The notes under the pieces are model-generated. The model was not told where the DNA came from, searched no databases, and was given only the letters and a program-made list of their open reading frames with translations. A stretch of 64,000 nt of DNA, from positions 221,057 to 285,056 of the forward strand of contig NW_013657632.1 in the NCBI RefSeq assembly GCF_000142905.1, given 5' to 3'. Origin of the DNA: Thecamonas trahens ATCC 50062 (taxonomy: Eukaryota; Protista; Apusomonadida). Both the position numbers and the translations under genes were made by a program. Below, piece after piece: positions 33,321 to 47,157 of this stretch. Position 1 is the stretch's first letter. Each line of letters begins with the position of its first letter.

Positions 33321-33324
33321 ATTG

Positions 33325-33349
33325 GCCTGTATGTATATGTATGTGTGTA

Positions 33350-33401
<52 letters not shown>

Positions 33402-33495
33402 TGTGTGTGTGCGTATGTGTGTGTGTATGTGGGAGAAGTGGTGGTGAGTGTTGGTGGGTGTGGTGGGTGTGGTGGTGGTGGAGGGTGTGGTGGTG
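33325..33495. repeat. (TG)n microsatellite followed by a GGT-rich tract
   Basis: Visible dinucleotide run. Similar CA/TG tracts occur at 3870-3955, 25484-25520 and 56905-57022. Confidence 0.9.
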
Positions 33496-34218
33496 ATAGT
33501 GCTGCTCTGCTGCCACAGCCTGGNNNNNNNNNNNNNNNNNNNNNNNNNNNNNNNNNNNNNNNNNNNNNNNNNNNNNNNNNNNNNNNNNNNNNNNNNNNNN
33601 NNNNNNNNNNNNNNNNNNNNNNNTGCTCTGTTTTCCAGTGCTTGGTGTGGGCGATGGGTTTGTTTTATGGGGGGAAAGGTTGGGTACTTTTTGGTGGTTT
33701 GGGGGGGGGGGGGGAATTTGGTCCTCCCTCCCCCCCCCCCCCAGGGTAAAGGGGCGGGGGGGGGGGGGGGGGGGGGGAGAGACGGGGAGATTATTGTTCC
33801 AGTTTGACGGTAAAGAGCACACAGAATCGCACAGAAAGGACACTGAAACAAGACTTATGTTATGGATAGGTAATGGTACGGGTCGACGAAATGAAGCTCT
33901 TCTCCTTGCTCCCCATCTCCCTTATGAATCCCCCCCCCCTCCTCCCCCCCCCCCCTCCTCCTCCTCCAAGCCCCATACCCTGGCAACGGCAAACATGTAC
34001 ATCATCGTGTCTCTCGATCATCATCTCTCACATCCCTCCCGTACAATAGACTTCGTGCCAACTTCACGAGTACCCCACACCGTCATCCCCACTAACCGTG
34101 AAAAAAATGGTATTCTCAGTGGTATCTCGCCTGCGACGGTAGTACTCGTCGCACGCCTGCACCGTCCCCCTGTCCTCGGCGTCAGTCAAGCATGCATGCC
34201 AAACTCGCTCAAAGGTGC

Positions 34219-37200
34219 ATGGCTGTAGTGTGGCTGGTGGCAGTCGTTGTGGCTGTGGTGGCTGTGGTGGTGGTCGTCGTCTGCCCACCTGCTGTGGTGG
34301 GGAATGACCTTGTCTACATTCGGCCTTTGGAGATCGCAATATCGAGCCACGATACGCCCTATAATCCCTGGAAGGTGAAGGCGGCGGACATGGACAACGA
34401 TGGCGATTTGGACATTATCACGGCCTCGTACTCGAATATCTTATATGGCGGTGGTGTGAGAATTGACTCTAACAACTACAACGGCAGCTTCACCATGGTC
34501 TATTTTGATCCGCATCGCTTTCCGCGCAGCGTCGACTGCGCCGACATGAACGGAGACGGCTGGACTGACATAGTGTTTGCCAGCTTCGACGATCTATTGC
34601 TGCGTCTCGCAGTGCCGGACAAGCCGTTCGAGTTTCATCCGATTGTCACCGTCCAGGCTGTGACCCAGTCTCAAGTCATCATCATTGCGGACATGAACAG
34701 TGACGGCTGGCCCGACATCGTCACTTGGGAGAAGGTAGCAACTGAAGACGTGCTTGTCTTTCTCAACTTTCTCAACACGACTTCCACCTTTGACCGCCTT
34801 GTTCTCCGCAGCGATCCAGGCTTCACACCGCTCGTAGCGGACATTGCCGTCGACGACATGGACAGAGACGGGGCGTTGGATGTTGTCGTCACCACAAGCA
34901 CCGCCGTCTACTGGATTCGCAACATGCATGGCAACGAAACAATGTTTTCTGACCCGATTTTGATCGGGAACTGCCCTCGAAACGTGTACTCGGTCGACGT
35001 AGGCGACGTGACCGGCGACGGCATGCCCGACGTCGCTGCTATTAGCTACCAGGGCAACGTTGCTGTTGTTTTTGCCAACAACGGGAGCAGTTCGTTTGAC
35101 GTTCTCGCGGAAGTCTCTGCGTATCGCGGATTCACGATTGTGTTGGCCGACGTCAATCTGGACGGCAACGTCGACGTCACATACTCTTCTTATCTCGGCG
35201 ACGCGGTCATGTGGTGCAACAACCGGTTCGGCAACGGCACGTTTGACGACTGCGTCGGAAGCCAAGTCATTCTTTCCAATGTGCGCTCCCACACAGTTGC
35301 CGACATTGATGGCTACGGCATGCTCGACATTGTCGGACTCTCGCCGTCCCTGGGCACGTATTGGTTGCCTGCCACACCAGTCTATGGGCCGTTGTCATCG
35401 CTCGAGTCCAATGTCACCACACTCACCGGCTTTACCCACGAAGACACCGTGCTCAGCCTCGGGCTTCGCGACGTTGTCGGCGACCCGCTCAGCGGGCTTG
35501 TCTCTCCAGGTCTCGTCGACATCGGCCTCCGGTTTGGCGAGGAGATGTGGGAGGTGACCGACAAGTGGATAGTGCCTCGTGGCACGTACATTGATGGTCC
35601 TGCCCTGCAGTTTACTGTCAATGTCGCTGAGCCGGGCTCGTACACCATCACCATGTCGGTCTACGGCGAGCCTGTCGCCAACTCACCGTCTGTCTTTCTT
35701 GCAGCGCAGCTGTGTGAGCCTGGCGAGCACGTCAAGGACAACATTCTTTGCGTGCCGTGTGAGAAGGACACGTTTTCCGAGGAGTATGCCGTTGCGGCGT
35801 GCGAGCCGTGCCCTCTGCAAATGACATCGCCGGCCGGCTCCGACTCGTACCTCAACTGCATCTGTACGCCGGGCTACTGGTTCGGTATCGCGCCGCGCGC
35901 CCCCGGGCGTTTGTGCGAGCTGTGCCCGGCCGGCGGTGTATGTGCCGGTGGTGATGCTGTCCCGGTTGCTGCCGAGGGCTTTTTCGAGGTCTCGCCCGGC
36001 TCTGCCCAGTTTGTCGAGTGCCCGCGGGAGGGCTCATGCGCCGGGGCCAACCGGTGCCAGTCGGGCTACACCGGGTACCTCTGCGCCACCTGCTCGTCCG
36101 GTTACTACTCTGCAACAGCAGTGCGATGCCGGGCGTGTCCAAAGCTGCCACTCATTCTGTTTGCATCAACATGTGCTGGCCTGGGCCTTGTCGCCGTCGT
36201 TGTCGCCATTATCATCTCGTGGTCGGTTGCCCGGTCGGTAGCCGCCACGCCGTCGTATGAGATGACAGCTGGGATGCTGGTCTCGGCCGAGCGCATCCGC
36301 CAGTTCCGCACCAACCTTGTGCCGACCTCAGTCTCGATGGTCCTTGTTGCCTTTCAGATTGTGGCCATGATCGCACAGCTTGACTTTTCTTGGACTCGCG
36401 AGTCGCAAGCCGTTCTGAACGCCTTTCTTGTTGTCAACATCGACACCTCGCTGTTTGCCTCCGAGTGCGCCGTCTCTACGTTTCACGCCAAGTACGTCAT
36501 TTCTCTCCTCCTCCCGCTTGTTCTTCTCATCCTTGTCGCGGTCGTACTTGTTCTCCTGCGCGCTATGCCGCGTCTTATCTCGTTTGCGAGTCACTTGGTC
36601 CAGGTCCCGAACCGGGTCCTTGTCGACGCGGCCGTCTTTGTCACCTCGCCGCTGCTGTACATTCCTGTCTCGCGGGCGGCGCTAGTCCTCTTTGGCTGTG
36701 TCCGGCAGAGCAACGGCAAGTGGGTCCTCACCATCGACCGTGGCGTCGAGTGCTTCGACCAGGCCTGGTGGCGCGTGGCACCGTTTGGCCTCTTTGTCGT
36801 CGGCGTCTTTGTCATCGGCATTCCTGTGTACTTTGGACTCTCGCTCTTCAAGCACCGGACCTTGCTCTTTGAGGCGCACAACCTGGTGCGCTTTGGCCCG
36901 CTCCACCGACTGTATCGGCGCCACTACTACTGGGGCGAGGTGGCAAATTTGGCCAAGCGGCTTGGACTCGTCATGGTCGCCGTCTTTCTCACCGGTGCGC
37001 AGCTGCTGCAGCTCGCCATCCTCGTCGTCATCCTCGTCATGTCTGTCGTCATCGTCTCACGGTACAGCCCGTACTACTACCCGCTGTACAACACTGTCGA
37101 CCTTCGGCTGGGCTGCGCGGTGCTCGGCCTCGTTATGGTTGCTGTCGCCTCGTACTCTGAGCGACGCAACACTCGATTCCACCCTCACCTCCTCGCTGCT

Positions 37201-37545
37201 ACCATTGTCTTTACTGTCGTCCTCCTTGCCGTCTCTCTCCACGCCATCTTTATCGACGTCCAGCATCTGTACAAGACTCGCCAGATAGACGGCTACGCTG
37301 TGTCTGAGCGCCAGCGTCACATGCGTGTTGTGCTTGAGACAGAGCTGCTCGACATGGAGGCATCTGCCGCTGTCCGCGCCGCCGCGGACGCCTTTCTCAT
37401 GGCCATGGAGGCTGAGTCTGTTGCCAACGATGTTCTCCTGGGCGACATCAAGATGGACGAGATCGCCGTCAACCTTGACGATGCCGAAGCGACACCCGCC
37501 ATGCGTGCTGCTGCCGACGATGCCCTGGCTGCTCTTGAAGCGTGA
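34219..37545 (+). CDS. Receptor-like protein: signal peptide, FG-GAP/VCBS repeats, Ig/filamin-like segment, Cys-rich repeats, multi-TM C-terminus
   Basis: Seven DxDxDG-type repeats (ADMDNDGDLDI, ADMNGDGWTDI and others); CQSGYTGYLCATCSSGYY; several TM helices with YYWGEV. Confidence 0.85.
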   Translation: MAVVWLVAVVVAVVAVVVVVVCPPAVVGNDLVYIRPLEIAISSHDTPYNPWKVKAADMDNDGDLDIITASYSNILYGGGVRIDSNNYNGSFTMVYFDPHRFPRSVDCADMNGDGWTDIVFASFDDLLLRLAVPDKPFEFHPIVTVQAVTQSQVIIIADMNSDGWPDIVTWEKVATEDVLVFLNFLNTTSTFDRLVLRSDPGFTPLVADIAVDDMDRDGALDVVVTTSTAVYWIRNMHGNETMFSDPILIGNCPRNVYSVDVGDVTGDGMPDVAAISYQGNVAVVFANNGSSSFDVLAEVSAYRGFTIVLADVNLDGNVDVTYSSYLGDAVMWCNNRFGNGTFDDCVGSQVILSNVRSHTVADIDGYGMLDIVGLSPSLGTYWLPATPVYGPLSSLESNVTTLTGFTHEDTVLSLGLRDVVGDPLSGLVSPGLVDIGLRFGEEMWEVTDKWIVPRGTYIDGPALQFTVNVAEPGSYTITMSVYGEPVANSPSVFLAAQLCEPGEHVKDNILCVPCEKDTFSEEYAVAACEPCPLQMTSPAGSDSYLNCICTPGYWFGIAPRAPGRLCELCPAGGVCAGGDAVPVAAEGFFEVSPGSAQFVECPREGSCAGANRCQSGYTGYLCATCSSGYYSATAVRCRACPKLPLILFASTCAGLGLVAVVVAIIISWSVARSVAATPSYEMTAGMLVSAERIRQFRTNLVPTSVSMVLVAFQIVAMIAQLDFSWTRESQAVLNAFLVVNIDTSLFASECAVSTFHAKYVISLLLPLVLLILVAVVLVLLRAMPRLISFASHLVQVPNRVLVDAAVFVTSPLLYIPVSRAALVLFGCVRQSNGKWVLTIDRGVECFDQAWWRVAPFGLFVVGVFVIGIPVYFGLSLFKHRTLLFEAHNLVRFGPLHRLYRRHYYWGEVANLAKRLGLVMVAVFLTGAQLLQLAILVVILVMSVVIVSRYSPYYYPLYNTVDLRLGCAVLGLVMVAVASYSERRNTRFHPHLLAATIVFTVVLLAVSLHAIFIDVQHLYKTRQIDGYAVSERQRHMRVVLETELLDMEASAAVRAAADAFLMAMEAESVANDVLLGDIKMDEIAVNLDDAEATPAMRAAADDALAALEA

Positions 37546-37763
37546 ACCCATTGTAAAACCTGATGTGGCGTGGCGGGTGAGTGACATGGAGCAACGCGAG
37601 GAGTGGCATCCGCGCGAGTGGCATCCGCGCGAGCGTCGGCTGGGCGAACATACACCACCACAACTTGGTTCAAGAACAACGCACTTCTGCCCGGCGGCAA
37701 GGACACAGCTCTCCCATTCACCTCGCTTCCGCAGCCCTCCTCCCTCCTCCCCACACACTAGGC

Positions 37764-40179
<2,416 letters not shown>

Positions 40180-40635
40180 TCGCGGCGTAGCCGAGCCTTC
40201 GACGCTTCGATGGTTTATCCGCAGCCATCACCATCACGCTGGAGTCAGGTAGGCTGGCAAGCAGCGGCTGTCTTGGGCCACCATCGCAAAGACTGCCGAC
40301 CACAACGAGCCACCCAGCAGGACAGCAAACGCGATCAACCATACCCAGCCCATGCACCCCGCTCACTACGCCAGGGCAAACAAAAAAGATGAACCTCTTG
40401 GACAAGTCCAGTATTTTTCTCCATATTGACGGCAATGTGTGTGCGTTTGATGAGGGGAGGGCAGGGAATGGGCCCGGAAAAAAGGCCCGAAAAAGTTCCC
40501 CGTCGCCTTTCCCCTCCTGTAGATTCTTCGCTGGCCACCGCTCTCGCACCCTCTGCCCCCCCTTGGCGACCGGCCCTACCCTCACTACTGCACGAGTCTG
40601 GCAAGCGACGACACTGTAGTACGCCTTTGGACACC

Positions 40636-41786
40636 ATGGACATCTTCCCCGCCCCTAGTATTTTCCGCGCCTTCCGTAAGCCTGCCCATGGCCCTGTGAC
40701 TGCCGTCTCGGTCGGTGGCGGCAGCGCGTCGTCGCCGTCGCCGGCTGCTGCCGCTGCGGCAGCTGCCAAGGCCGGCCTCCCGCTCCGCCCGCTGCTGGGC
40801 GAAGCAGGCAGCGGCGGGTGCAAGGATGGGACGGCTGGCGAGGCTCTGCTCCGACCGGGCTGCCCTGAGACTGCCCCACCGCAGGCACTGGCGCTTGCCG
40901 TGGGCCGGCCCGGCTGCCGCCTCGGCTCGCCGCCGCCGCCGTCGCGACCGTCGTCGGTTTTTTCGCCCAGCGCTTCGCCGCGGGCGACCTCTCCCGGTGC
41001 ATCGGCGGCACCGCGTCCGGCACGGACTATCTCGCGGGTTCCTTCGGCGTCGCTGCGAGACGCCCGCGGCATGTCTGGTCCTCTGGGCACGCTTTCTGTC
41101 GCCACATCTGCAGCGCCGATGCCGGCGGCTGCTGGCGGCGTGTCGGCCGCACCGACGCCGTCGGCTGGCGGGATGCCGCTGCTGGCCTCGCTGCCGGCGA
41201 TGCCGCTGGCGACCACGTCGCTGGCAACCACGCCGCGCCCGTCGACGCCGGCTCCGATGGCGGTCGCCGCCTTGGCTGCCGCTGAGCCTGCTGCCTCTGC
41301 TGCTGTCTCACTGATGGACCGGCTCGAGGCGCAGCGCGTCCGCATCGAAGCCGAGAACGCCGAGCTCAACTCGGAGGTGGAGGATCTGACTCGACTGCTC
41401 GAGCTTCAGGAGGCTGCACGCGACTCGCAGGAGACGCGACTGTCGCAGCTCTCGTCAGCGTCGCGGGCGCGGTCGGAGCTGCGCAGTGACGGCGTGACTG
41501 CGCCGCCGCCGGTCGAGATGGGCTCGCGCAAGCGGCGCCGGGCGCTTTTGAGTGCCAGAACGAGTGCGATGACTCGCCTTGCGCGTCTCCAAGCCAGCTC
41601 GCGTCGGCAGACACCCCACTGACCGCCATGGCGCTCGCCGCCAAGCTCCGTGCCGCCTCGGACGCTCTCTGGGTCGACGTCTTCAATGGCACGACCAAGC
41701 CGTTTGCCGAGCGCGGCTCGGTCTGCGTCTTTATCGACTCGCCGCCGCACAAGCGCCACAAGCCGCTGCCGTCACCACTCCGATGA
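40636..41786 (+). CDS. Low-complexity / coiled-coil hypothetical protein; probable -1 frame break at ~41590-41602
   Basis: ATG 40636, an A/P/S-rich region, then a coiled coil. After TGA 41622 a GC3-rich -1 frame continues (AMALAAKLRAASDALWVDVFNG...) to TGA 41786. Confidence 0.55.
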
Positions 41787-42011
41787 GCCGCGTGCACACG
41801 ATCACGCGTCGTGGCATGTGTGGACTTTGCAGCGGTGAGGCGGTTGTTGGCGCTGCGGTATGTAGCGCCCCCTCCTCGCCGCCGGCCTCTCCGGTATGGT
41901 GGCGATGTTCAAGTGAACGACGATGATGTTTCGCAAGAGATGCAGATTGCCAGCAGCAACAGGTGTGTGGAAAGGGAGAGAGGGAACAATGACAAAGGCT
42001 CAAAGAGGGCT

Positions 42012-43084
42012 TTAGCGGCGCTCGTCCTGCTGGACACGCTTGGCCTTGACCGGGCGCGAGAGGAAGTCCGAGAACTCGTCAAACGGCACAGCGGTAAAGT
42101 AGGTCGGGGCCCAGAGCTCCGGGGTGAGGACACCGTAGGTCTTGGTGACGGCCGAGAAGGTGGCCTTGAGGAAGTTGCCCATGGTCGCGGTCTGGCCGGA
42201 CGACGAGGTGTAGACATCCTTGACACCCGCCATCTGGAGAAGCTTCTTGGGCGCGCGGGCGGCGACGACGCCGGTACCACGCGGGGCCGGGATGAGACGA
42301 ACACGGACGGAACCGCACTTGCCGGTGACCTTGACGGGCACGGTGTGGGGCTGGCCCATAGTGGAACCCCAGTAGCCACGGCGGATCGGGAGGACGTTGA
42401 GCTTGGCCTGGATGAGGGCACCGCGAATGGCGAGGGCAACCTCCTTGGAGCACTTGACGCCAAGGCCGAGGTGGCCGTTCGAGTCACCGACAAGGACAAA
42501 GGCCTTGAAGCGGGTGCGCTGACCGGCGGTGGTCTGCTTCTGGACGGGCTTGATCTGCATGACCTCGTCCTTGAGCGCCGAGCCGAGGAAGCGGTCGACG
42601 ATCTCGGCCTCCTTGATCGGGATGGAGAAGAGGTAGATGTCCTCAATCGAGTTGATCTTGCCAGCCTTCACCAGACGGCCGAGCTTGGTCACGGGAACCC
42701 ACTCGGTCTTGTCGCGGTCGCCACGGCGGCCACCACGGCCACGGCCACGGCCACGGCCACGGCCGCGCTCGCCGAAGCCACCACGGAAGCCACCTACATT
42801 CGCTCGTCAGAGAGAAAGAGAGTGAGTGTATGTGGGGGGGAGGGGGGGGGAGGGGGGGGGGGGCGGTGCGAGTCGCAAATCATACAAAATCATCACATCC
42901 GTCTGGGAGAAGGAGGGTAGGAGCTAGGAAGGTGGTGGTGGGCATTGCAGATGGGGAGGGGGGTGGGGGGGGGGGGGGGAGAATAGAGGGTATGCAGGGG
43001 AGGGCGGGTAGTGGAATTGTGGGTGCTCGGGAGGTACGTACCCTCACCACCAGCGGGGGCCGGAGCGTTGTTGTTGTCAGCCAT
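42012..43084 (-). CDS. RPS2: 40S ribosomal protein S2 (uS5); intron 42794-43041
   Basis: RG-repeat N-terminus, [28 protein letters not shown] and RRGYWG. Confidence 0.97.
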
Positions 43085-43184
43085 TGTTTGTCCTTTTTGC
43101 TAAAAGCCGTAAAGTGTGCTTTGGAATCAATGGTTGCCTTCCGTTCATTGTTCAACCATGGTCAATGACTGTCATTCGCATTGG

Positions 43185-43223
43185 TTGGTCGGTTGGTCGG
43201 TTGGTCGGTTGGTCGGTTGGTCG
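43185..43223. repeat. (TTGGTCGG)x~5 upstream of RPS2
   Basis: Direct repeat ~100 bp upstream of the RPS2 ATG, next to a minus-strand CCAAT. Confidence 0.8.
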
Positions 43224-43286
43224 ACGGGTTGGGTGGGTGGGTGGTGGTGGCATGCTGCTGGTTGTCTGCTGCCGGTTGGCCGATGG

Positions 43287-46200
43287 CTACAATCGGCCAC
43301 GTTTGCGCTTCTTGGCGGCGGCTGCCGATTGCATGTGGACAGCGGCGATGAGGTCGGCGGTCGATGGGAGCTTGTCCTTCTTCTTCTTCTTCTTCTTCTT
43401 CTTGGCCTTGTCCTTGCCTTTCACCCCGGTCTCGAGCAGCGGAGCGGCAGAAGACGGCGGCGGCGGGGCGGAAGAGGGCGGCGGCGGCGGAGCGATCCCA
43501 CCTGTGGGAGTCGGTGCCGAGTGGCGGCGCTGTGAGACGACACCAATGGCGACCGACGCGGCGCGTGACCGCGGCGGGGCGGATACGGCCGACGACGGTG
43601 CGCGCGAGAGGGCGCGCGAGAGCCGCATCTCCTCCTCCATGTCGGCCTTGCGCGAGGCGAGCTCACGTGCGCGCGAGGCGCGCGAGCCGATGCCATCTTT
43701 GACGGCGTAGAACGCCGAGCCAAACTCGGCGAGCCAGTGCGGATCGACGGCGGTCACCACCCGCATGTACTCCTTCGAGGTGAGGACGAGTTCGTGGTAG
43801 ACGACGTAGTCGGCCGAGTAGCCGAGCCCGATGAGCGCCGACGACGGATGTAGGTGGCACGGCATGGCAGTGAGGAGATTGACATATTCGTCGATGCCCT
43901 TGATCCGGGCCGCCTTTTCAAACATGGCGCCGGCGATGGTCTTGCGGACCACATCCCAGTCAGAGCCACACGAGATGACCGGCAGCCGCTGCGACTTCAT
44001 GATGTCCAGCAGCTGGGCGCGGACTTCGCGGACCCGGATGAGGGCCTTCATCTGCACAAAGTGCTTGGTGCACCATGCACTCGAGCACTTGTTCGCTGTC
44101 CACTGCTGGTAGACGTGGAGGAGGGTGAGATGGTCCGACTCGGCGACGTTGAACTTTTCGCGCGCCGCGTTGGCCTCGGTCTCGCGCGACTTGGGCCGCG
44201 CAAACACGTTGGGCACCGAGAGCATGGCAGTGATGATGACCACTTCAGCCGAGCACCCCAGCTCTGCCGAGAGCACAAGCATCTTGGAGAGCTGCGGATC
44301 GAGCGGAAACTCGACCATGAGCCGCCCAGTCGCCGTCAGCTCACCCACGTTGTCGAGCGCGCCAAGGACCCAGAGCTGGTACATCGACGAGAGAATGGTG
44401 TCCTCCGGCGGCGGATCCATAAAGTTAAATTGCATCAGCTCGTCAACGCCGAGCGACTTGAGCAAGAGCACCACGTTGCCGAGATTGGTCCGCTGGATCT
44501 CGGGAATGCCAGTCGACAGCATCTCGAGCTCGTACTGCGACCGGGTGTAGAGCCGATACGCCGTGCCCGGCCCGGTTCGCCCGGCACGCCCCGACCGCTG
44601 GTTCGCGTTGGCTTGCGAGATTGGCGTGACCAGCAGCGCATCCATGCCGATTCGCGGGTTGAACGCCTTGGTCTTGCAGTAGCCACAGTCGACAACATAA
44701 ACAATGCCGTCGACCGTCAGCGAGGTCTCGGCAATGTTTGTTGCCACCACGCATTTGCGGAAGCCCGGCGGCGCTGCCTCGAACACCCGCGACTGCATGT
44801 CCGCAGGGAGCTGCGAGTAGATGGGCAGCATGAGGAGCGGCGCCGGCGTGTCGAGCTCGTCAAGCTTCTCCATCGCCAGCTGGCAAACGGCTTCCACCTC
44901 GGCTTGTCCCGTCATAAACACCAGGATGTCGCCGACAGGCTGCGAGAGGTGGATCCGCAGAATCTGGTTGACGGCCGCGTCAACGTAGTCCTCCTGTACT
45001 GTTTTGGAGAAGAGGACGTCGACCGGATACGTCCGCCCAGGAATGGAAAAGATGGGCACGCCACCAAAGAACGCAGAGAACTTGTCGGCGTCCATCGTTG
45101 CAGACGTCACAATGACTTTGAGATCCAGCCGCTGCGCGAGAACCCGGTGGAGGAGGCCGAACAGGACGTCGGTGTTGAGCGACCGCTCGTGCGCCTCATC
45201 AAGCACCAGGACCGAGTATCCGTCGAGCGCCGAGTCGCGCAGCGACTCGCGAAGCAGCATGCCGTCGGTCATGTACTTGATCCGTGTCGTCGGCGATGTC
45301 ATGTCCTCGAACCGGATCGAGTACCCAACCTCGGCGCCAAGCGGGACGCCGACCTCTTCGGCCACACGCTTTGCCACAGACATGGCTGCCACTCGCCGCG
45401 GCTGGGTGCACCCGATCTTGAGACCGCCTGCGGCATACCCGTCCTCGTACAGATACTGCGGAAGCTGAGCGTTTTGCCGGACCCGGTCTCGCCGATGATG
45501 ACAACGACCCGGTTCTCGCGGATGACCTGGAGCAGCTTGTCGCGGACGGTGTAGATCGGCAGCGACTTGCGGGTAGCAGCCAGACTCTCCGACGCCGTCG
45601 CCCGCTCACCGGCTGTTGATGTCTTGCCTGCGCCGTACTGTGATGCGGCGCGGGTGTCGCCCGACTGGGCGGCGGCCTCGAGCGCGGACTCCTCGGCCCG
45701 CTTCTGCGCGCGGAGCTGGCGCTGAATCGCCGACAGCCGTGCGTCGTCCTGCGCGTTCTCTTCCGCCGCCGAGACCCGCATCAGCTTCCCGAGCTGGGTC
45801 CCGGCAAGCTTCCAGTATTGGCCCTCGGCCTTCAGTCGCTCTGCGCGGGCTCGGAACTCGCGGAGCGCCGCCGAGCCCTTGCGCGCAATGACAGCCATGT
45901 CCGACGTCGGATCCTTAACACACGACACCATGGAGCTCTGCTTGGTGTACTTGATGCGGCCGTCGAGGAACGGCGGGACCGAGAGCGTGACAAGCATGTG
46001 GACCCGGAGGTGCGACTCATCGTCGTCGCCGGCCAGCAGCGTCCGCACCTTGCGCACGCCCTTGACTCCCGACGACGCCATCCGGTCGCGCTCCCACTTG
46101 TCGAGCGCCGAGGTGTACGCAGCTTGCTTGGCCGTCAGCGACCCAACTTGCTGCTTGGCGAGGTGTGCGCCCGCCTCCATCCGCGCCTCGGGCGCCGCCT

Positions 46201-46809
46201 CTGCCGCTACGACCCACGGGTCCGCGTCGGGGTCATACACTCCGCCATCGTCGTTGTACCACTCGCGGTCGCCCTCGCGCTCAAGTACCTCAGCCTCGAC
46301 GTCTTCCATCGACGCCGCTGGCGCCGGCGCGCTGCTTGCCGCGCTCCTTGGCCTGATCCTGCTCGCGTCGCCACGACTCCCACGCTGCTCATTGCCAAAC
46401 GATAGCAACCGCGCATCCGCAGGCGCCACGCCGCTCTTGGCCCGCTTCCGCTCGCCTGCTGCACCTCCCTCCGGACTGCGGCGTCGTTTGAGGCCCATCC
46501 CGGCTGGCTGGCGGCGGCTGCCCTGACCAATCTCGTCAAGCATCTCCTGGGCGGTCTCGGTGGAGACCTTGCCAAACTCGGACAGACCTACGCGAGCACA
46601 CCCGGATGAGCACCATGCCTTTTTCCTCTCCTCCTCCCCTTCTTCCCTCCTCCCACACCCGTCAACGTACGTGCTACCAGGTCGTCCGCCGAGGAGGCAG
46701 CCCGTGCGGCGGCGAGAGCAGCGGCGCCAACACGAGCGTCTGTCGTCGGCATGTTGAGCTCATTACCCATCCACAAGGCAAACGTCTCTGCCACTCGCTC
46801 ATCGCCCAT
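43287..46809 (-). CDS. PRP16: Pre-mRNA splicing DEAH helicase Prp16/DHX38; intron 46588-46670; -1 frame break at 45469/45470
   Basis: [24 protein letters not shown]|[34 protein letters not shown] and [12 protein letters not shown]. Confidence 0.92.
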
Positions 46810-46913
46810 CTTCCCACTCCTCTCCACACTGTTGTGTTGAGCAGCACCAGTCAGCGCGCGTCAAGTGTCCAACAACCAGCCCCTAGGGCTACCACTATGA
46901 TCGGGAGCGGTCA

Positions 46914-46990
46914 TTGAGTCGACCGAGTCGCTGCCGAGTCGCCGCCGAGTCGCCGCCGAGCCGTCGCCCAGCCGTCGCCGAGCCGTCGCT
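46914..46990. repeat. Degenerate 11-bp tandem repeat (GCCGCCGAGTC/GTCGCCGAGCC) in the divergent PRP16 / LRR-receptor intergenic region
   Basis: About 7 degenerate copies visible. Confidence 0.75.
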
Positions 46991-47019
46991 CACGCCAATC
47001 ACCGACCGACTCGATCCTC

Positions 47020-47029
47020 TCACGTGACC
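47020..47029. promoter_or_regulatory. Extended E-box TCACGTGACC with nearby CCAAT (46995)
   Basis: The same 10-mer recurs at 51110-51119 next to a CCAAT, and CACGTGAC also occurs at 2136 and 62743. Confidence 0.45.
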
Positions 47030-47157
47030 GACCGACGACGGGCGCCGACGACGATGACGACGACCACAACGACGACGACGACCACGACTCATCCCACCTC
47101 CACTCCCCCCCGCCCCACCTTCCCCCACCCCACCCCACCCCTCGCCCGCCCTCTACC

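Noticed and set aside
37601-37633. 15-bp direct duplication GAGTGGCATCCGCGC as a transposon footprint
   Set aside because: No element or terminal repeats are associated, and simple slippage explains it.
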